The position numbers and the translations under genes were made by a program. The notes beneath the pieces are model-generated. The model was not told the DNA's origin and searched no databases. It saw only the letters and a list, made by a program, of their open reading frames with translations. 64,000 nt of DNA from Croceivirga sp. (lineage in GTDB: Bacteria; Bacteroidota; Bacteroidia; Flavobacteriales; Flavobacteriaceae). Where the stretch lies: NCBI GenBank assembly GCA_028281025.1, contig JANQKR010000034.1, positions 9,848 through 73,847 of the forward strand, given 5' to 3'. How positions within the stretch are numbered: position 1 is the stretch's first letter; each line of letters starts with the position of its first letter. Shown one piece after another: positions 58,326 through 64,000 of this stretch.

Positions 58326-60527
58326 ATGAAAACACTACATACATTTTTACTGCTAACCCTGGTAATCACCGGAGGCCTTGTTGGATGTTCTTCGGGGGAC
58401 GATACGGATCAAATGTTGGATGATGATGTGATACAGAACGAAGACCCCAATACTCCGGATGATCCTGAAGAACCCAATGCCACTTTTGAAGAGGTCGCGG
58501 TCCAAGTAAGCCTACCACAAGGGGCCTCCCTGGATGTATCTACCGCCAAGCTCTTTTCTTTGGGAAGTACCTCAGCGGTGGCAAGTTCTGGACAAGGGAC
58601 AATCCCCTTTAATCCGGGAACGGTGGAACTGGCCTATCTGCTGGATGCTGAGGACAACCTGCTCTTGGCCGGTTTTGTGTCCGAGGACCAAAAAGAACTG
58701 TCCGTTGCCACTACTGTGGAGGTGATGCTCTATTTTGGGCTCGATTATTACCTTTTACCAAACTCGGCTAAAGCGGCTTTTTTGAAAGGAGTTCGTCAAA
58801 CTTCAATTTTTAATGGTTTGAAAGATGAGGTTGAACAACTTTTTATCAATGACCCCTTAATGTTCACCAAAGGTTCGTACACCTCGGCCCTTACCGCTGC
58901 CTTGGACCAACTTTCCACAAATAAGGGAAGTAACCACATGGCAAACCGTATCTTCTTTAACGACGAAACCACAAAAAGTGGGGTAACCCTTTCTGCAATT
59001 GATTCCACCAGGATCCAACTGCAAAATGCATTGCCCAGACGATCTCGGGTATTGATCTATAAAAAATCAATAACGGACAGAGATGGAAATGAAATGGAAA
59101 TTCCCAATTACACGGATACCCCTTTCGAAAATTTTGAATTGGAAATTGGGAAGCTCAACGAAATTGAGAACCTGAATTTTGGATCTTCCCTTGCTCAAAT
59201 TAGTGCGCAACAGGCTTCCATTGACAATGCATCGAGTACCGGACCAATACTTCTGCCCGTTAATCCCGTAACGGAATTTGTTGCGGAATACGAAGTAGTA
59301 CTCATTGGTTCGGGACAACCACAGGACGAAGCAAGGAACATGACCATGGCGGAGTTGGAAATCTATGGGAACCTCACAAAAAGAACCTACATCCTGGATT
59401 ATTTTCTACCCACCTTATTGGAGATTGGGGGAAACAGGTCGCTTTTACCCCCTTTTGGAAGTGCTAAGCAAGAAGCATTGTTCAATGCCATCTCACCCAT
59501 TTTGGAACAATATCCCGATGTATTGGATGAAGTGGCGGACAACGAATTCAAAAGCGCCTCCAACATTCTTTTGCCCGCTTTATATGAAGATATTCGGTTA
59601 AGCAATGATCTAAGGACCATTTTAACGGATGTGTACAACATCCTTTCCGGAAATGGTGATTTCCCCAATACCTTTATTCAGAGCCAGGAACTTATTGAAA
59701 CGGGGTATCCTAGAACCCGGTTTATCCTTAGGACCATTGATCGGAACATTAAGGCTAGTAATCCCTTTGCCAATTTTGCGGGTTTGGATACGGCAGCCTT
59801 CAATTTTGAAAGTTGGTTGGTACAATCCATTGATGCGGTGGTAGATATGCAGCAGGACAATGTAGAATTATGTCTTGGTGAGGCCACGGAACTTCGGGTG
59901 ACCGCAATTACCTCCTTTGAGCCGGAGGTTGAGGAATTTGAATTTCATTGGAGTACGAGCAATGAATTTGGGGGAAGGGTTCAGGACATTGGTGGGGATC
60001 CCAACAATTTTGTTTCCTATATCAGTACCGCTTTGGAATCAAATTTAGGAAGTGGCAATAATCCAGAAACCGTGACCGTTGTGCTTTATTTCAGAAATAA
60101 GAATACCGGGGAATTGAGCGAGGCCGGGCGGGATACCATGACCGTTAATAACATAAAGGGGTGCGAATCCTTCTTTGTTGGCTTTACCCAGGAAGTGGAA
60201 ATTGCTGAAAATCCAGAGGATCTTGGTTGTGGTGGAAATACGGAATACCGTGTCCAGGGCGGGAGGTTTGTGGCCAGATTCGCACCTGTTGAAAATGCGG
60301 TATCCTATACGGGCAGAATACTGCGCAAGGACGGAACTTTTGGAAATGAATTTAGTTTTGTACCCAATGATATTGGTAACGGTCTGGTGGAGTTCTTTAC
60401 GGCCATTGAAGTGACCAATATTCTTTTTACCTGCAATAGACAACAAGCGGAAGAACGGCAACAGGAACTTTTCAATCGGTTGGAGGAAATTGGCCATCAA
60501 GGGATTGAAATCACCCCCGTCTTCTAA
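58326..60527 (+). CDS. Large hypothetical surface lipoprotein
   Basis: Lipobox LVGC followed by an acidic D/P linker; ~733 aa. Confidence 0.82.
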   Translation: MKTLHTFLLLTLVITGGLVGCSSGDDTDQMLDDDVIQNEDPNTPDDPEEPNATFEEVAVQVSLPQGASLDVSTAKLFSLGSTSAVASSGQGTIPFNPGTVELAYLLDAEDNLLLAGFVSEDQKELSVATTVEVMLYFGLDYYLLPNSAKAAFLKGVRQTSIFNGLKDEVEQLFINDPLMFTKGSYTSALTAALDQLSTNKGSNHMANRIFFNDETTKSGVTLSAIDSTRIQLQNALPRRSRVLIYKKSITDRDGNEMEIPNYTDTPFENFELEIGKLNEIENLNFGSSLAQISAQQASIDNASSTGPILLPVNPVTEFVAEYEVVLIGSGQPQDEARNMTMAELEIYGNLTKRTYILDYFLPTLLEIGGNRSLLPPFGSAKQEALFNAISPILEQYPDVLDEVADNEFKSASNILLPALYEDIRLSNDLRTILTDVYNILSGNGDFPNTFIQSQELIETGYPRTRFILRTIDRNIKASNPFANFAGLDTAAFNFESWLVQSIDAVVDMQQDNVELCLGEATELRVTAITSFEPEVEEFEFHWSTSNEFGGRVQDIGGDPNNFVSYISTALESNLGSGNNPETVTVVLYFRNKNTGELSEAGRDTMTVNNIKGCESFFVGFTQEVEIAENPEDLGCGGNTEYRVQGGRFVARFAPVENAVSYTGRILRKDGTFGNEFSFVPNDIGNGLVEFFTAIEVTNILFTCNRQQAEERQQELFNRLEEIGHQGIEITPVF

Positions 60528-60633
60528 ATGGCAGGGCAATACGTGTAACATTAGCCGGAAAACCATGAATTTAAACCGGATTTATTTTGTAAGCTGTTGA
60601 AAATCTCTAACTTCCCCGTACTTTCCAAAAAGT

Positions 60634-61206
60634 ATGGGGGATACTTTTCAACAAGGGGAAAAAGACATCGTTCAAGGTTTCAAAAACAACGATGCCGTCA
60701 TTATGAAAACCGTATATCTCCAAACCTATCCTAAAGTGAGAAATTACATTCTTAAGAACAATGGGAATGATGATCATGCCAAAGACACTTTTCAAGAAGC
60801 CTTTGTGGCCTGCTGGAGCAATATCAAAGCCGATAAGTTCTCGGAAAACGGCAATGTGGAAGCCTACCTTTTTACCATTGCAAAAAACAAGTGGACCGAT
60901 TATTTAAGATCTTCGGATTTTAAAAAGAAGGTTACCGCAAACAGCTTCACCCAACTCAAGGCAGTTACCGAAGATAGCTTGGCCAATGAATCCGAAGCGG
61001 AACATCGCAGAAGATTGCTACGACAGGCATTGGAGCAATTAGGGGATAATTGCAGAAAACTGTTGCAGCTTTTTTATTTTGAACGGAAGTCCATGAAGGA
61101 GATTTCGATTGAAATGAAGGTCGCCCCTGCATCCGCAAGAAATCAAAAGTATCGTTGTATGGAAAAACTTCGAACCCTAAGTCTAGCAATTAAAGAAAAT
61201 GGATAA
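60634..61206 (+). CDS. ECF RNA polymerase sigma factor
   Basis: AKDTFQEAF, YLFTIAKNKW region 2; CRKLLQLFY.E.KSMKEI region 4. Confidence 0.93.
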   Translation: MGDTFQQGEKDIVQGFKNNDAVIMKTVYLQTYPKVRNYILKNNGNDDHAKDTFQEAFVACWSNIKADKFSENGNVEAYLFTIAKNKWTDYLRSSDFKKKVTANSFTQLKAVTEDSLANESEAEHRRRLLRQALEQLGDNCRKLLQLFYFERKSMKEISIEMKVAPASARNQKYRCMEKLRTLSLAIKENG

Positions 61207-61927
61207 AGGCCCCAAATACCTATCCGAAAAGGAACAAGACCGTTTTGAGGAATACCTGTTGGGTAGAATGTCCACTCAAGCGGCCACGCAATTTCAACAA
61301 GAATTGGAGGAAGATTCCAAACTGTCCGAACAATTTCAGGAATTTAAAGCATTGTTTCGTACCATTGAGGAAGCGGCTCTACGCAATGCCTTGGAAGATT
61401 TTCACAACGAAACCTTACCCCCAAAAAACAAAAAGACAAGGACTACATTCTACCGAATTGCCGCAGGAGTAGCTATCCTTATGGCCTTGGGCACAGGGTA
61501 TTGGTTGATCAATCGTGCAACACCCAGTGAACGTGTATTCGAAACCTATTTCTCACCAGATCCAGGATTACCAACGGTTATGGGCTCCCAGGATAATTAT
61601 GCTTTTTATGAGGCCATGGTGGACTACAAGAGGGGGGACTATACCAGTGCCATTAAAAAATGGGAAAAACTATATGGGAGCAAATCCGAAAAGGATACCT
61701 TAAATTATTTTTTGGGATGTGCCCATCTTGCCAATGGCACTGCGGAATCTGCCCTTGATTATTTGAAAAGAAACGAGCACGACACCCATTCTGCTTTTTA
61801 CCAGGAATCCAATTATTTTCTTGGGTTGGCATATCTTAAACTGAATCAAAGGGACGCGGCATTACCCTATTTTAAAAGGAGTGGGCTACCAAAGTCCAAG
61901 GAAATTCTCGAGTTGATTTCAAAGTAG
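61199..61927 (+). CDS. Putative transmembrane anti-sigma factor with periplasmic TPR
   Basis: FEEYLLGRM N-terminal helix bundle, TM FYRIAAGVAILMALG, then TPR-like helices; overlaps the sigma stop. Confidence 0.82.
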   Translation: MDKGPKYLSEKEQDRFEEYLLGRMSTQAATQFQQELEEDSKLSEQFQEFKALFRTIEEAALRNALEDFHNETLPPKNKKTRTTFYRIAAGVAILMALGTGYWLINRATPSERVFETYFSPDPGLPTVMGSQDNYAFYEAMVDYKRGDYTSAIKKWEKLYGSKSEKDTLNYFLGCAHLANGTAESALDYLKRNEHDTHSAFYQESNYFLGLAYLKLNQRDAALPYFKRSGLPKSKEILELISK

Positions 61928-61929
61928 TC

Positions 61930-64000
61930 ATGAAAAAAGAGTTGGTTTGGATAGGTGTGGTCTTGCTGTTTTTCCACTACAGTTTACCAGGACAGGTTCC
62001 TTCCCCGGACGTTCGGGGAAGACAGTTCATAGACAGCCTTATTAGCGCCAATGCCTTACAGGCCGCAAATACGGAATTGCAAACGCAGATAGCCTACTAC
62101 CTTAAAAATGCCGTTGATAGTCTTCCCCGGTACGTACGTTTGGTGGGCAGTTATAATCTGGCGAAAAACGATTGGAATATCGCCACGTCCAGGGCCGAAG
62201 GTTTTGTAAGCCAAATTAAAAAGGTTTCAACACCAAGAACCCAGATAGCGGCATTGATCGAACTTTCAAATCTTTACTTTGATGCCCGCTTCCACCAAAA
62301 AAATTATGATGCCTCAGCAGAAGCCCTTCAATTGGCACGCACTTTGGATAACTTTGAAGTGGCAAAAACTTCGCTATTGGAGTACAACAAGGGAAATGCC
62401 TTGTTGTATATGGGCAAGTATGCCCAAGCACAAATCCATTTTTTGCGCTCCAAGAAGATTTTGGACCGTAACCCAGAAATAGCACTGGAACAATTCTACA
62501 ATACCTATAACAATTTGGGCCGTGTTTATGCCAACCTTTCCATGTTGGATAGCGCCAACCATTATTACAAAAAGGCACTTGGTTCTTTGAACGATTTTGA
62601 AAGCCCAAATGCCGATATTTACTACAGAAAGGCAATTATTGGGAACAACCTCTCCCTAAATTATCAAAATGTTGGAAAAACGGAAGAGGCGATCGAGACC
62701 CTTCAAAAATCTGCCGAGAACTTTCAAAAATATGTTGAACAAGGTGATGACGAATCCAAGAAAATAAGATCCAAAAGAAATCGACTTGTAGCCATCGATA
62801 ATTTGGGGACCTTCTTTCAAGGTATTGGGGAATATGGCAAGGCCATAGAACTGATCAACCTTTCCTACCTTCAAAAGAAGCGCTATTTACCGGAGGATGA
62901 TCCTGATATTATCATATCCAAAATATTACTTGCCGAAGCACATTTTTCCGCGAAAAATTTTGCCAAGGCCAGGACCTATATTAATCAGGTACTCGTGCAG
63001 ATCGGAAAAAATCCAGAAAGACTGGCATACATTGATAGCTACTCCAAAAATGTAAAAGCCGCGATTGAAGAGGCTACCGGGAATTTTGAAGAAGCCCGAT
63101 TTTTTTACGAAAAGAGTGAATCCGTTCTAAAAAAGGAAGTTTCAAGAAATTATTTACCGGAAGAACTGGACGGACTCATACGGATGTCCCAGTTTTATGC
63201 AAAAACCGGCCATCTGGAAAAGGGACTATCATTGGCTTTGGAAGGGTATACCTATACCCACCGCCCCGGCTTTGAAAACGAATTGGTAAAAATTGCCCAT
63301 ACCAAAAATGTAGCGGACATCCATTTAAAATCACAGGACTATCAAAAAGCATTGAAGTACGGCCAGGAAGCATTGTCCAATTATGATGAAGTTTCAGCCG
63401 ATGGTAAAGAAGTGTCCAATTATGTTAAAATCACTTTTGAGAAACCCGGCATCCTGTTACTCCGGGCAAAGGCAAAGTACCACTTGGAAAAGAACAAATC
63501 CGAATCGCATCTAAAGGATATTTTGAAAGAACTTGATGAGGGCATTGAAATCCTTAACAAAAGACGTAGTCTCATCATAACGTACAACGACCTCCATGTG
63601 CTTCTGGCCGAAAACAAAGCCTTCTTTGACTTTATGAAGCAACTTCATCTGGAACTCTATGAACTTACTTCAGATGAGCGGTATCTTAAAAAAGTATTGG
63701 AATTCCATGAATCCAATTTGTACAACAGGATTCGGTCAAGATTAAACCTGACCAATACTTACAATTTTAAGAACATCCCCAGTGAAGTCCTTAAAAAAGA
63801 GGATGACCTGAAAAATACTTTAATGGTTCCCATCAAAAAAAATGAAGGGGTTAAAAACTATGTAAGGAACACTAAAATCTGGCATCAATTTCTTGATTCC
63901 CTTAAGACAACATATCCGCAATATTACAATTTAAAGTATGCATCCCTTGCGGAGACCTTGGACGATTTAAACGAAAAACTCCCCAAGGAATCCACGCTCG
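61930..64000 (+). CDS. Secreted TPR protein, probable CHAT (caspase-like) protease; runs off the window end
   Basis: Open frame from ATG 61930 (MKKELVWIGVVLLFF) to the end; multiple TPRs; pre-CHAT linker-like VLEFHES...R and LDSLKTTYPQYYNLKY; the catalytic domain is not visible. Confidence 0.75.
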   Translation, partial: MKKELVWIGVVLLFFHYSLPGQVPSPDVRGRQFIDSLISANALQAANTELQTQIAYYLKNAVDSLPRYVRLVGSYNLAKNDWNIATSRAEGFVSQIKKVSTPRTQIAALIELSNLYFDARFHQKNYDASAEALQLARTLDNFEVAKTSLLEYNKGNALLYMGKYAQAQIHFLRSKKILDRNPEIALEQFYNTYNNLGRVYANLSMLDSANHYYKKALGSLNDFESPNADIYYRKAIIGNNLSLNYQNVGKTEEAIETLQKSAENFQKYVEQGDDESKKIRSKRNRLVAIDNLGTFFQGIGEYGKAIELINLSYLQKKRYLPEDDPDIIISKILLAEAHFSAKNFAKARTYINQVLVQIGKNPERLAYIDSYSKNVKAAIEEATGNFEEARFFYEKSESVLKKEVSRNYLPEELDGLIRMSQFYAKTGHLEKGLSLALEGYTYTHRPGFENELVKIAHTKNVADIHLKSQDYQKALKYGQEALSNYDEVSADGKEVSNYVKITFEKPGILLLRAKAKYHLEKNKSESHLKDILKELDEGIEILNKRRSLIITYNDLHVLLAENKAFFDFMKQLHLELYELTSDERYLKKVLEFHESNLYNRIRSRLNLTNTYNFKNIPSEVLKKEDDLKNTLMVPIKKNEGVKNYVRNTKIWHQFLDSLKTTYPQYYNLKYASLAETLDDLNEKLPKESTL

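Overview
A 64-kb chromosomal window from a marine Flavobacteriaceae-type Bacteroidota genome (inferred from TAnnTTTG promoters, gene content and the many lipoproteins). Conserved housekeeping genes (lipB, lysS, hemL, phhA, alaS, lemA, der, era) alternate with accessory stretches. I found no rRNA, tRNA, CRISPR array, integrase or transposase. The most notable observations are: (1) a perfect 19-bp inverted repeat enclosing a 122-bp promoter-like segment upstream of a glyoxalase gene, a candidate inverton or MITE (15746-15905); (2) two tandem secreted acidic proteins built from seven copies of an unfamiliar ~35-aa LGF[ED]TxDYLPEGFDPY repeat, sharing 5' and 3' non-coding motifs (9.3-10.9 kb); (3) a plastic region (24.4-34 kb) containing a membrane TPR-HTH regulator with 11-bp-phased repeats in front of mddA, several gene relics, and two signal-peptide-bearing fibre-like genes bracketed by a ~351-bp, ~95% identical direct duplication of the 5' end of an araC-type gene; (4) paired palindromic operators between a GH3 gene and an NrtR-type regulator; and (5) a tightly coupled ECF sigma / TPR anti-sigma / secreted TPR-(probable CHAT protease) cassette at the right edge, next to three unknown lipoproteins. 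All family assignments come from motif recognition by eye; no searches were run.
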